Shown here one piece after another: positions 1 to 9,781 of a DNA stretch of 30,113 bases. The first letter of the stretch is position 1, and every line of letters begins with the position of its first letter. The notes beneath the pieces were generated by a model. That model worked only from the letters and a program-made list of their open reading frames with translations, was not told the origin of the DNA and searched no databases. Origin of the DNA: a virus (lineage: Duplodnaviria; Caudoviricetes); the IMG/VR virus record IMGVR_UViG_3300032103_000283, positions 1 through 30,113 of that record. One strand, given 5' to 3'. The translations under genes and the position numbers were made by a program.

Positions 1-2
1 TT

Positions 3-1136
3 CAAATATTAGGTTTTGGAAATATTCAGTTAAGACCTAAAGAGAAACTTGAGAATTTTGTAGTAAGAAATGGTTTGGAGTTTACTTCTTTTAGTGGTTT
101 TGGAAGCAACAGACTTATTTTAAATAATGGATTAATAACAACTTATGTAATTTCAAGACTTGTAGCTGCTCCAACATTAAATAATGTTTATGGATTTGCA
201 GCAGGCAATTTTTTAGGTGGTGGCAATAATTATAAGGTAACAAACAGCAGAATATTTGCTTGCACAATAGGACTGTATTCATTATTTAATTGTGATGTAG
301 ATTCTAATACAAGGTTATTTGGAAATAGCGTTGGAATATGGACATCTCATGGTATTTTCAGAGGTATTCTTGGCATTTCTCCTGCAGGACAAAATTCAGC
401 AAATACTCAAGATGTTTTTCCTGCTCAAGTATGGTCAACAGGTGGAAGTAATATTATTCTGAATAATGCTCAACTTAGAGCTAATACTCTTACAGTTAGT
501 AGAAACAGCGTTCATGGTTCTCAAGGTAAATGTTATTCTGCACACCATAACCAAATCAAAGATGCTCATTGGACATTTGCAACGTTTGGAGATATCATCA
601 GAAATAATACTATCAGACGTTCAGGAAGTGCATCATCTATAGAAGTAGTTCCGCTTTCAAGCTGTTCTCCTGATTTCCCTATAGAAATAATCGAAAAATG
701 GCAAGAACATAACGTTCCTGCTACAGCACAACAGAGGATAGTTTATATTCTTGGGGAAGGTTGGACTGTATTTCCAACTAATAGTGAACTATTCATCACT
801 GCTGAATTTTTCAATCAATCTACAGGTGCAAGCACTACAATAGCAACATCAGTTTTATCTGTTGACGACTCAACATGGGTAGGTTCAGCATCTAATCAGA
901 AATATAGGGCAACTTTAAACTTCACTCCTTCACAAGAAGGAACTGTTTACTATAAGGTTTATCTTGCAAAATTCCAATCAGCTTGTAAAATTTATATAGA
1001 CAATGCTTTATATCGACCAAATATGCCTATTTATACTGCTTATTGGAAAGATGGGGAAAGCTATATGGAAGCGGATTTTAGAGGTAAATTTTCAATATTT
1101 GGCGGCAATGTTATAAAAAGAGGTGGCGGGAAATGA
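3..1136 (+). CDS. Virion/tail-associated protein with right-handed beta-helix (pectin-lyase-like) repeats; 5'-truncated by the window edge
   Basis: The frame is open from nt 3 (QILGFGNIQLRPKEK...), so the TTG at 75 is probably internal. Gly/Asn-rich beta-helix-like rungs (CTIGLYSLFNCDV, NSVGIWTSHG). ATGA overlap with the next gene. Confidence 0.55.
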   Translation, partial: QILGFGNIQLRPKEKLENFVVRNGLEFTSFSGFGSNRLILNNGLITTYVISRLVAAPTLNNVYGFAAGNFLGGGNNYKVTNSRIFACTIGLYSLFNCDVDSNTRLFGNSVGIWTSHGIFRGILGISPAGQNSANTQDVFPAQVWSTGGSNIILNNAQLRANTLTVSRNSVHGSQGKCYSAHHNQIKDAHWTFATFGDIIRNNTIRRSGSASSIEVVPLSSCSPDFPIEIIEKWQEHNVPATAQQRIVYILGEGWTVFPTNSELFITAEFFNQSTGASTTIATSVLSVDDSTWVGSASNQKYRATLNFTPSQEGTVYYKVYLAKFQSACKIYIDNALYRPNMPIYTAYWKDGESYMEADFRGKFSIFGGNVIKRGGGK

Positions 1137-2512
1137 TATATAAACCTAATTCCATATATTATGCGGTATTTACAACTACAAGTCCAAACACAGGAGCAGC
1201 GAAGAATGCTGATTCATTACCTACTGCTATAGCTGTAAGAAATGGCGTTGATGACGGCAGTTTTTCCCTTACTGTTGTAAACATAGACATAGGCAGGTAT
1301 AGAGTATCAGGCACTATTCCTGCTTATGCTAATGGAGATACTGTGCAGATTGTAATAACTGCAGTAGTTGATGGAATCACTGATAGATTAGTTGTTGGAG
1401 CTTTCAGAGTAGATACAAGATTCGTATCAGATTTAAAAGACTTTGACTATACTACACAAGAATGTATTTTAACATCTGCATATAATGCTGCTAAAACAGC
1501 TTCATCACAAACAAGCGTTGACACAGTAGCGAGCAATGTTATATCTATTCTTAGCACTGTTAACCATGCTACACACGGTCTTAATGCTATCCTCAACAGA
1601 ATACTCGAAGTAAAAGCAAAGACTGATAATTTGCCCTCAAATCCAGCAACTGAAACAAGCGTCTTATCAATTCCAACTAACCCGTTGCTTACGAATGATA
1701 TAAGGTTAAATAATCTTGATGCTGCTATAACATCGAGACTTGCATTATCAGACTACACAGCTCCTGATAATGCAAACATTAATAGTATCAAACTTAAGAC
1801 TGATAATTTACCTTCTGACCCTTCTTCTGCTTCTATTATCAATTCAGCTTTCGATACGCTTAATACATATGTTGATGAAATAGAAACAATAATCAAAAAT
1901 GCCACTTATGGTCTATCAGCACTAAAAAATAGCATATTAGCTTGTGCTAAACCGACAGACGCTATGTCTTTAGTGCCTGAAGTTATTACAGACATCAAAA
2001 CTGGCCTTGCACTTGAGCAAACCTCTCAGGAATTAAAACTTGGTGTTACAACAATACAAACCTTAGTTATAGGACAAAATGAAATGATGACAGAAATTAA
2101 AACAGGATTCAGTATTAAGAATCTTAAATTTATTCAGCAACCTGATAATACAGTTGATATCGTAGCAAAACAAGGCACGACATGGGAATTTAATCTTGTT
2201 ATCCATGCTTTGCAAGATTTAACTGGATATACGTTTGCTGGACATGTAAGAGCATCTTACAAAACACCAATACATTCAGCAGAAATAACTACACATTCGT
2301 TTGACCCTAACACTAATAATTTAATTATGCGTGTTACAGCGACTGATTCTAAAAATGTTCCTGCTTATTATGAAAGTATTGATGAAACTCTACTTGAGAC
2401 ATACAAAGGGGTTGGGGTGTATGTGTATGATATCGAAATGACATCACCAGATGGATTTGTAAGCCGAATTTTAGAAGGTAAACTTTACAATGACCCAGAG
2501 GCAACAAAATGA
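1133..2512 (+). CDS. Phage virion structural protein with C-terminal baseplate/BppU-like Ig domain
   Basis: C-terminal QGTTWEFNL..DLTGYTF...YVYDIEM.SPDG.V.RILEG pattern is typical of phage tail/baseplate Ig-like domains. KTDNLPS(N/D)P is duplicated internally. Confidence 0.6.
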   Translation: MIYKPNSIYYAVFTTTSPNTGAAKNADSLPTAIAVRNGVDDGSFSLTVVNIDIGRYRVSGTIPAYANGDTVQIVITAVVDGITDRLVVGAFRVDTRFVSDLKDFDYTTQECILTSAYNAAKTASSQTSVDTVASNVISILSTVNHATHGLNAILNRILEVKAKTDNLPSNPATETSVLSIPTNPLLTNDIRLNNLDAAITSRLALSDYTAPDNANINSIKLKTDNLPSDPSSASIINSAFDTLNTYVDEIETIIKNATYGLSALKNSILACAKPTDAMSLVPEVITDIKTGLALEQTSQELKLGVTTIQTLVIGQNEMMTEIKTGFSIKNLKFIQQPDNTVDIVAKQGTTWEFNLVIHALQDLTGYTFAGHVRASYKTPIHSAEITTHSFDPNTNNLIMRVTATDSKNVPAYYESIDETLLETYKGVGVYVYDIEMTSPDGFVSRILEGKLYNDPEATK

Positions 2513-2667
2513 TAATCATTGTGCAGGTTAAACAAGAAGAACAAACAATAGTAACTGAAACAGAAAAACTTGAAATTAACTTAAAGGAGGCAAAAGATGA
2601 AAAAAGCGTTTATTTTAATTTTATTGTTGCTGCCACTTATATCTTGCACGAAGCAAATTTATTATGA
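2509..2667 (+). CDS. Possible small hypothetical protein (52 aa, MIIIVQVKQEEQTIVTE...)
   Basis: ATGA overlap with the upstream stop and fills the gap, but overlaps the lipoprotein gene by 71 nt. Confidence 0.25.
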   Translation: MIIIVQVKQEEQTIVTETEKLEINLKEAKDEKSVYFNFIVAATYILHEANLL

Positions 2668-2998
2668 AGATTTGCTTGCAATAGGTGTAAGTCAATCAGT
2701 AATGGTGGAAAAATATGAATATACTGCGTATAATATGCGGAAAATTCATGATGGAATTGAGTTTCTTTGCAAAAGTAAAGATACTGCTGAATGTAAGGAA
2801 ATAAGAACTTTCTATAACAAAACAAGGGACGCCTTTATTAATAAAGGCAATACTATCATTGCATTTTTAAATGAGAAAGATAAAGCAAAGAAAAGTGCAA
2901 TTTATGAACAATTCTTAAAAGAACAGAAAGAGTTTGACGCTTTATATTTTGTTTTAAGAGATATGGCAGTTAAGCTTGGTATCGGGGGTATAAAATGA
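2597..2998 (+). CDS. Lipoprotein (unknown function; spanin-like or exclusion protein possible)
   Basis: MKK + hydrophobic stretch + lipobox LISC (Cys17). Strong RBS AAGGAGG. Confidence 0.7.
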   Translation: MKKAFILILLLLPLISCTKQIYYEDLLAIGVSQSVMVEKYEYTAYNMRKIHDGIEFLCKSKDTAECKEIRTFYNKTRDAFINKGNTIIAFLNEKDKAKKSAIYEQFLKEQKEFDALYFVLRDMAVKLGIGGIK

Positions 2999-3198
2999 CA
3001 AGAGATGAATTAATCCAAGCAGCAGCAGTAGTGTTTGCAGAGATGTTAAGGGTGCAGACTAAAGACAAAGATTTAAGGGTAAAAACAAATATCGGCACTA
3101 TAGTTATCAAATTAATTAACGAAGATGAAGAAACAAAAGAATTAACAGATAGAGTAAAAAAAGCTCAGGAGAGTGTTCCTGAGAGCAAGGAGGAATAG
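2995..3198 (+). CDS. Hypothetical protein
   Basis: RBS GGGGG, ATGA coupling to the lipoprotein gene. Confidence 0.65.
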   Translation: MTRDELIQAAAVVFAEMLRVQTKDKDLRVKTNIGTIVIKLINEDEETKELTDRVKKAQESVPESKEE

Positions 3199-3843
3199 AT
3201 GAAAAAAATATTGTTATCATTAGTTTTAAGTATGCTTTTAGTAACAAATGCCTTTGCTATTGATACAGACCACATCAGCAATTTGCAGAAGTATGTAGCA
3301 ACAGGTGAATCGTATGGTCTCGCTATTAAGCAGATTGGAGCAATGGAGTTTGAACATATAGCTGTTGACGGCTCTGTTTTGTGGAGAGGCATAAGTTTCA
3401 ATAACCTTTCAGATGACGGAGAACAAATGTTCCTTGATTGTGTGTTGAGAGCGCAGAACTGCCCTGGCACTCCTTTTTATTTGAGACTTGCTGATTCAAC
3501 TTCAACTTGCAGTATAGTTGACACCAGCACAGTAGCTAATATTGTAGCAATGGGACAGCCTTCTGGTAATGGCTATGCTCATCAAACTATCGCAAGAACT
3601 ACCGTAGGGTGGCCTACTCTTGCTTTAGATGGTGGTGATTACATGGCTACATCAGTGCAAGTTACCTTCTCTGCTTCTGGTGGTTCATGGGGGGCGGTGC
3701 ATTGTGCTTGGCTTTCAAATTCTAATGCTGATTCAGGAACTTATCCAACTGCGTATCCTATAGCTTATACAGCCCTTTCACAAGGGAGAACTCTTGCATC
3801 TGGCGAGAGCTTAAATGTAACTTATAGGATTAAATTGCAGTAA
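3199..3843 (+). CDS. Phage tail/virion-type beta-sandwich protein with an N-terminal Sec-like signal peptide
   Basis: RBS AGGAGG. Signal MKKILLSLVLSMLLVTNAFA. The SGNGYA.QTI...W...VTFSASGGSWG.V....RTLASGESL.VT pattern is common in phage minor tail proteins. Confidence 0.6.
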   Translation: MKKILLSLVLSMLLVTNAFAIDTDHISNLQKYVATGESYGLAIKQIGAMEFEHIAVDGSVLWRGISFNNLSDDGEQMFLDCVLRAQNCPGTPFYLRLADSTSTCSIVDTSTVANIVAMGQPSGNGYAHQTIARTTVGWPTLALDGGDYMATSVQVTFSASGGSWGAVHCAWLSNSNADSGTYPTAYPIAYTALSQGRTLASGESLNVTYRIKLQ

Positions 3844-3856
3844 GAGGGATTAATCT

Positions 3857-4663
3857 ATGGCAATTACAACATTCGATGGAATAGTAGCGGGGTTTAAACC
3901 GCCAATAGCATTTGGTAAAGCAGCAACCCCAACTCTTGTAGCAGGCAGACCTCATAGTTTGTTTTATCTTGCTGGTAATCCAGGTGCAGCAACCGCCCCA
4001 ACACCAGGTATAGCAGGAGCTGCTCTTACATCTTATGCAGGACAATTAAGGTTTGATAATCCAGGTGGTGCAGCAAACGCTTATCTTGCTAAATTATTGG
4101 GTCAGGCTACTATTGCAGGAACATTATTGCTTTGTGATAGGCTTTGGCATAATAGTGGCATAAACATAACAAGCACAAGCCCTCAAACAATAAACTCAGT
4201 AGCCTTTCCTGCAAGAGATAATGCAGGCACTTCAAACGGTGATGGAATTATTGTTGGAGTAGAAGTGTCTGCTGCAACTGGTTCAGGCACTCCAACCCTT
4301 ACGCTTGGTTACACAAATGAAGTAAATACAGCGAGTAGAACAGCAACTAATATTCAACCTACTGTTGCTTCATCTGCTATAGGGGCGTTTTATCAAATTG
4401 GGCTTCAATCTGGAGATAACGGAGTAAGGTCAATTCAAACATTTACATTGTCAGCGACATGGACTTCAGGGACAATTCATCTTGTAGCCTACAGAATTTT
4501 AGGAGAGGTTGTTATACCAGGTGCATGGATATCTGGGGTTTCAGATGTATTTGATTTATGTATGCCTTTGTGTTATAGCAATACCGTTCCTTTCTTAATA
4601 TTCATTCCTCAAACCACAACAGCAACACAAATAACAGGCGGATTAACTTATACTCACGGGTAA
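3857..4663 (+). CDS. Conserved phage virion-region hypothetical protein (Ala/Gly/Thr-rich)
   Basis: RBS GAGGG. Motifs LLLCDRLWH, YTN, LQSGD.GVRSIQ recur in phage structural-region proteins. Confidence 0.65.
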   Translation: MAITTFDGIVAGFKPPIAFGKAATPTLVAGRPHSLFYLAGNPGAATAPTPGIAGAALTSYAGQLRFDNPGGAANAYLAKLLGQATIAGTLLLCDRLWHNSGINITSTSPQTINSVAFPARDNAGTSNGDGIIVGVEVSAATGSGTPTLTLGYTNEVNTASRTATNIQPTVASSAIGAFYQIGLQSGDNGVRSIQTFTLSATWTSGTIHLVAYRILGEVVIPGAWISGVSDVFDLCMPLCYSNTVPFLIFIPQTTTATQITGGLTYTHG

Positions 4664-4666
4664 GAG

Positions 4667-7600
4667 ATGACAGAACAAGACCTTCTACCAAAAATAATAT
4701 CCTGTCAAAGACCTTTTGATACTGTTGAATCAGGGTGGTATGAATATTATGCTACTGTTGGATGGGACTCTGCTACAAAAATAGTAGGGTCTCAATCTAT
4801 TAAACTAACTACAACTACTGCCGATTCAGGTAACTGGATGGCATGGGTTGCAAAAGACTTTTCCCCTGCTATTAATGTTCAGAATAAAGTATTAGGCTTC
4901 TGGCTTAAAGCTCCTTCTACTGCTTTATTTTTTAACTTCAGAATGCTTACAGATTTAGGTTGGGTAGGTTGGTCAGCTAAATATCAAGATTTAGTGTGGC
5001 CAAGACCCCAAGGCAATACATGGAGATATTTTACCATCAATACTGCTACTATGGAAAAATCTGCCCAGATGAATTTTAGTAGTGTTGTGCAGATTTTATT
5101 ACAAGTTCAAGCATCGACAAACACATCTGAGTTCTGGTTTGATGGGGTGTATGAGAGTGATTTATCACTTCAAAATGGGGCGATAATTATAAGATTTGAT
5201 GATGGGAATGAATCTGATTTAACTCTTGCTAAACCAGCTCTCGATACTTATGGATATAAAGCCTGTTCTTTTATTGTTAGGGATAATGTTGGACAAGCAG
5301 GTTATATGACCCTTGCAAATCTTCAAACTCTCAACAATCAAGGTTGGGATATCTGTAATCATTCAACTTCTCATCCAGACTTTACAACTTTAAATGAATC
5401 TCAAATTACAGACGAGATAACTACTTGTAAACAATATCTTATTGATAATAATTTAACAAGAGGCTCAAAGTTTTTTGCTGCTCCTTTTGGAGCAATGAAT
5501 CCAACAGTTGAAACAATAATTAATAATTATAATATCGTTTCATCTGGTGTAGGTTGGGGTATTCCAACAATAGAAGATATTACATCTATTCCTATTATTA
5601 ATACTTATCATGTTGAAGCTACACATTGTCCACATACTGCTACTGTAGGAAACTTACAAACATGGGTAGATGCGGTCAAAGCAAGCAGGGGGCTTGGAGT
5701 AGTATTATTTCATAAACTTGTTACAGGCACCCCTAACGAATACGAATATAATTCAACTAACTTTGCTTCTTTTTTAAGTTATATTAGTTCTCAAGGAGTT
5801 CCTGTAATTACACTTTCTGACTTAACGAGAATGTTTACTATTCCTGCACAAAAAGCAGAGAAAAAGAGGGATATTATAAAAATTCGTATCAGAGAGGCTT
5901 TTTTATTTGAACCGTTTACAACAATAACAAAGAATTTTTGGTTTGATGCAACAGTTTATATTGAATCCCTTACAACACAAGCCGTATCTGTATCAACACT
6001 TTCTGATTTTCTTGCTTATATTGAAACTTTAAATACAACGATTACATCAATTTCTAATATTACAGATACACAAATATTTTTAGAAAATTTACAGACAAAT
6101 ATAACATCTGTTTCAAATATTACAGATGTTCAAACTTATAGAGAAGAACAACAAACTTTAGGTATTTCAGTTGTTTCTGTAGTAGATACTATTGCCTATA
6201 ACGAATTACTTCTTACAACTGCTAATTCAATTTCTACTATTACAGAATTATATAATCAGGCTGAAACTCTTGCGACAACAATTAATTCTATTTCTTCTGT
6301 TACTGATGTTCAGGCTTATATTGAAAATTTATCTACTGTTATAAATGCAGTATCTTCATTATCAGATAATCAAACTTATATAGAAAATTTATTAAGCACA
6401 ATCGGCTCTATTTCTTCTGTTACAGATGCTCAAACTTATATTGAAAATCTCGCTGCTACTATTAGTTCTTCTGTAACATTAATAGATAATCAAACATATC
6501 TTGAAAATATATTTAGCACAATAGTTTCTATTAGTTCAGTAACAGAAAATATCTTTTATGCTGAAAATTTACAGACGATTTCAACAAGTTCAGCTTCTGC
6601 TATAGATGCTCAACATTATATCGAAATACTTAATTCGACTATTCTATCTGGAGTTACAATTACAGATGCTCTTGTATTTACAGAAAGTTTACTAACTACA
6701 GCTGCATCTATTTCTACTATCGAAGACAAACAGAATTATATAGAAAATCTATCAACTGTAATTCAAGCGTCTTCAGTTCTTACTGATAATTTAGTTTATA
6801 ACGAAAATTTACTCACTACTATTTCTGCTATCTCTACTATTGAAGACAAGCAGACTTATATAGAAAATCTTGCTGCTACTGTAACAGCGATTTCTATTCT
6901 TGCTGATAATCAAATTTTCAGTGAAAGTATTTTCACTACAATTACTTCTATTTCTTCTATTGAAGATAAACAATCTTATACAGAGAATTTAAACAGCGTT
7001 TTGCAATCGATTGCAAATTTAGAAGATAAGCAACTTTATATAGAAAGCCTGCTTACTACTATTTCTACTGTTTCTACTATTGAAGACAAACAAAGTTATA
7101 TAGAAAACCTCGCAAGTATTATAAATACGAGTTCAACTCTATCTGATGCTCAAACATATGTTGAAAATACACTTGTAACTATTAGTTCTATTTCAGCTAT
7201 TGAAGATAAGCAACAATATGTCGAACAGCTAACTTCAGTAATTTTATCTACATCAGAAGTTTCTGATGAACTTGTTAGTGTTACAAACGAAAACTTATTT
7301 ACTACTATTGCTTCATTAATTAACATCGAGGATAAGCAATCTTATGTTGAAAACCTCTTTTCTTTGCTTTTAAGTATATCTAACTTAATAGATAGGCAAC
7401 AATATCTCGAAAATATTCTTACAGATATAATTTCAATAAGCTCTGCTACAGATAGGCAAAATTATATTGAAAATTTATCATCATTATTAATCTCAACTTC
7501 AGCATTGTCAGAAGATTTAACTTATACTGAAAATATTCTTTCTATTATTCAATCTGTATCAACTATTGAAGACAAACTTATTACAGTAGAATCTTTGCAA

Positions 7601-7903
7601 ATAACTATTACAAGTATTTTAACAATAGAAGATAGGCAAAATTATATTAAGACTCTGTTAACAGATATTAGGTCAGGTGTTTCTCTTATTGAAAAAATAG
7701 CAGCACTCAATATTTCTTACACTAAACTTTTACCAACTGAAAAAGTTTACTACACAAAGACAAATACACAAAAATATTATAAACTAAAACCTAACATGAA
7801 TTTATGTTTTTCAGTAAATCAAACAGTAAAAAAATATCTTACAGAGACAACAACATCAGAGAAGTATTGTTTAGTAGTTTTAGGCACGGCAAAGGAGAGA
7901 TAG
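4667..7903 (+). CDS. Tail/fibre-like protein: N-terminal CBM-like domain + CE4/NodB polysaccharide deacetylase + about 29 x 20-aa Ser/Thr-rich repeats
   Basis: CE4 motifs IRFDDG, NHSTSH, FAAPFG, VLFH. Trp-rich N-terminal jelly-roll-like region. Repeat stalk. Confidence 0.8.
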   Translation: MTEQDLLPKIISCQRPFDTVESGWYEYYATVGWDSATKIVGSQSIKLTTTTADSGNWMAWVAKDFSPAINVQNKVLGFWLKAPSTALFFNFRMLTDLGWVGWSAKYQDLVWPRPQGNTWRYFTINTATMEKSAQMNFSSVVQILLQVQASTNTSEFWFDGVYESDLSLQNGAIIIRFDDGNESDLTLAKPALDTYGYKACSFIVRDNVGQAGYMTLANLQTLNNQGWDICNHSTSHPDFTTLNESQITDEITTCKQYLIDNNLTRGSKFFAAPFGAMNPTVETIINNYNIVSSGVGWGIPTIEDITSIPIINTYHVEATHCPHTATVGNLQTWVDAVKASRGLGVVLFHKLVTGTPNEYEYNSTNFASFLSYISSQGVPVITLSDLTRMFTIPAQKAEKKRDIIKIRIREAFLFEPFTTITKNFWFDATVYIESLTTQAVSVSTLSDFLAYIETLNTTITSISNITDTQIFLENLQTNITSVSNITDVQTYREEQQTLGISVVSVVDTIAYNELLLTTANSISTITELYNQAETLATTINSISSVTDVQAYIENLSTVINAVSSLSDNQTYIENLLSTIGSISSVTDAQTYIENLAATISSSVTLIDNQTYLENIFSTIVSISSVTENIFYAENLQTISTSSASAIDAQHYIEILNSTILSGVTITDALVFTESLLTTAASISTIEDKQNYIENLSTVIQASSVLTDNLVYNENLLTTISAISTIEDKQTYIENLAATVTAISILADNQIFSESIFTTITSISSIEDKQSYTENLNSVLQSIANLEDKQLYIESLLTTISTVSTIEDKQSYIENLASIINTSSTLSDAQTYVENTLVTISSISAIEDKQQYVEQLTSVILSTSEVSDELVSVTNENLFTTIASLINIEDKQSYVENLFSLLLSISNLIDRQQYLENILTDIISISSATDRQNYIENLSSLLISTSALSEDLTYTENILSIIQSVSTIEDKLITVESLQITITSILTIEDRQNYIKTLLTDIRSGVSLIEKIAALNISYTKLLPTEKVYYTKTNTQKYYKLKPNMNLCFSVNQTVKKYLTETTTSEKYCLVVLGTAKER
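5957..7702 (+). repeat. Coding tandem repeat, 60-nt/20-aa period, about 29 units (consensus YIENLxTTIxSISxIxDxQx)
   Basis: Units align vertically in the 60-nt lines. One 22-aa unit near 7217-7282 shifts the register by 6 nt. Confidence 0.92.
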
Positions 7904-8200
7904 ATGAGAACTTATAACAGGGGCTCTGTATTTTATATATTAGCAGAGGTGTTTAAATATGCTCCTTTTGGAAATTCAAGTTTGTATGACCCAACAGAAG
8001 TCCGTATTACAATTAGCGACCCAACAGGAGCTGATATTATTTCAGAAGAATTATTTGAAAAGACATCTATTGGACGCTATTATTACATATGTCAAACAGA
8101 AGAAAATTGGGAAGCAGGAGTATATAAAACGAAGACTATTACAAAAGATGGAGTTTTAACTGATATTACAATAGATGAATCAGGTTTTCATTTAATCTAA
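7904..8200 (+). CDS. Small Ig-like phage structural-region protein
   Basis: RBS AAGGAG. DPT.V.ITI.DP.G...G.Y.Y pattern. Overlaps the convergent gene by 9 nt. Confidence 0.65.
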   Translation: MRTYNRGSVFYILAEVFKYAPFGNSSLYDPTEVRITISDPTGADIISEELFEKTSIGRYYYICQTEENWEAGVYKTKTITKDGVLTDITIDESGFHLI

Positions 8201-9208
8201 AACTTTTTTGAAATTTGCCTTTGCTACTATTGTTTTATAAGTATTTAACGTATTTAAAATATTATTTCTTATCCAATAGTTCTTTGAGACATAATCGAAG
8301 GCATTTTTTGAAATAGTATTCATCGTTGTAGCATCAAATATTAGTTCTAATAGCGCAGTAACCCAGTTTTCTTTTTGGTTTTTAACCAAAACTCCTGCAA
8401 AAGGAGGAATGCTATTTCTATACACATCAACATCAGAAGCTATTGTTACAGCTTTTATAGCAGAATATTCACAATATTTTAAGGGACTTTTACTTTTATT
8501 AAATAGGTTATTTTCTAATGGAGCAATAGCAATATCAGCATTCAAAGAAGAAATAAAATTAACATAATCAGTAGCTGTTACTGAGCTATAAAAATAGGCT
8601 TTTCCTTTCAACTTAGGGGGAATATACCCAACAAAGATTAAATCAATTATATCTTTATGTTTCTTATATATCTCTAATAATGCACTGACAATACAATCTG
8701 AAAAATCTCCAACATGAGAAGAAGACCCACCCCAAATAATCCGCCTTTTACTTTTCTCTGCTTTCTTATTTAAAACAGGCATCTCAATATAATTAGGAAT
8801 AATATAAACATTTTTATTAAACTGTGAAACTACCTCTCGCAAATTATGAGTAGGAACAGTAACAGCAGTTGATATTCGTAACACTTCAGCAAGTCTATTA
8901 AGCCTCTCTCTATCCCAATATACTTTTGCGGGATTAGCTTCTGAGATTGACCAATAGTCATCGTCTATATCAGTAATAACAATAGTTCCTTTGCTTAATC
9001 TCTGTTTAAAATATTCTATAGCTTTATTTGTATGATGGTGTTGATTTACAATAACATCGCTTTCTTGTAAATCTTTATCTTCAAAATATGTATTATGCTT
9101 AATAATGCAAGGAATATATACATGTAAGTATTTACTTGGTAGAAACATTCTATAGTAACCTTTACCATAAACATCAATAGGTAAAAAATATATCTGCATA
9201 AAAGCCAC
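8192..9208 (-). CDS. Glycosyltransferase, GT-B fold (GT4-like)
   Basis: DIDDDYW, WGGSSSH.GD, DIAIAPLENNLFNKSKSPLKYCEY, ASDV..Y. Likely start is ATG 9199 after AAGGAAGGTG. Confidence 0.85.
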   Translation of the reverse strand: MAFMQIYFLPIDVYGKGYYRMFLPSKYLHVYIPCIIKHNTYFEDKDLQESDVIVNQHHHTNKAIEYFKQRLSKGTIVITDIDDDYWSISEANPAKVYWDRERLNRLAEVLRISTAVTVPTHNLREVVSQFNKNVYIIPNYIEMPVLNKKAEKSKRRIIWGGSSSHVGDFSDCIVSALLEIYKKHKDIIDLIFVGYIPPKLKGKAYFYSSVTATDYVNFISSLNADIAIAPLENNLFNKSKSPLKYCEYSAIKAVTIASDVDVYRNSIPPFAGVLVKNQKENWVTALLELIFDATTMNTISKNAFDYVSKNYWIRNNILNTLNTYKTIVAKANFKKVLD

Positions 9209-9215
9209 CTTCCTT

Positions 9216-9250
9216 AAAATAAATGGCAGCTACGATACTGTAGCTGCCAT
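9216..9250 (-). terminator. Intrinsic terminator
   Basis: Perfect 11-bp stem ATGGCAGCTAC/GTAGCTGCCAT (9223-9250) with a 6-nt loop, followed by TTATTTT on the - strand. Confidence 0.75.
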
Positions 9251-9257
9251 AAAAATG

Positions 9258-9329
9258 CTACTTTTTCTTCTTTTTTACTTTTGTATCAGGTTTTGCTTCA
9301 ACCTTCTTCTTTTTTTTCTTTACAGGCAT
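9258..9329 (-). CDS. 23-aa lysine-rich peptide MPVKKKKKKVEAKPDTKVKKKKK
   Basis: Consensus RBS AAGGAGGT 7 nt before the ATG, clean ORF ending in TAG, 13/23 Lys. Missed by the ORF track. Confidence 0.7.
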   Translation of the reverse strand: MPVKKKKKKVEAKPDTKVKKKKK

Positions 9330-9355
9330 ATGTATTACCTCCTTGGTTTTTTATT

Positions 9356-9781
9356 TTAACTTCCTGTGCTTCCAAATCCACCTCTATTAGTATTATGCAC
9401 TTTTTTATTTACAATATCCATCCTAACAACAGGACATAATACAATTTGCGCTATTCTTTCGCCCTTTGTGAATGTAATTGTCTCACCAATTCGACTTACA
9501 TTAGTAACAATCAACTTTATCTCCTGTCTGTAATCACTATCTATTGTAGCGGGAGAATTTTTCAACCACAAATCAGTCTTAATTGCTAAACCTGAACGAG
9601 GTCTTATTTGAAGTTCATATCCTTCAGGAATTTCAGCTTTTAATCCTGTAGGAATGAGTTCAGTTTTAAAAGGGTAAATTGTTATATCGTCTATTACAAA
9701 AATATCTGCACCTGAACTCCCTTCTGTAGCGTAAACTGGCAACTTTGCGTTTTTATGGATTAACTCGAAGATTACTTTCAT
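9356..9781 (-). CDS. dut: Trimeric dUTPase
   Basis: Motifs SSGAD, RPRSGLA, TIDSDYR, GERIAQ, RGGFGSTG. ATG 9781 follows GAGGG (the ORF track starts at 9826). Confidence 0.96.
   Translation of the reverse strand: MKVIFELIHKNAKLPVYATEGSSGADIFVIDDITIYPFKTELIPTGLKAEIPEGYELQIRPRSGLAIKTDLWLKNSPATIDSDYRQEIKLIVTNVSRIGETITFTKGERIAQIVLCPVVRMDIVNKKVHNTNRGGFGSTGS

Noticed and set aside
5957-7702. 60-nt periodic repeats as a CRISPR array
   Set aside because: Units are degenerate along their whole length, stay in frame and are conserved at protein level. There is no constant repeat/unique spacer pattern.
2995-8200. TAG read-through or recoding (TAG-ATG in frame at 3196-3201 and 7901-7906)
   Set aside because: Each downstream ATG has its own strong SD, and long conserved genes are uninterrupted under code 11.
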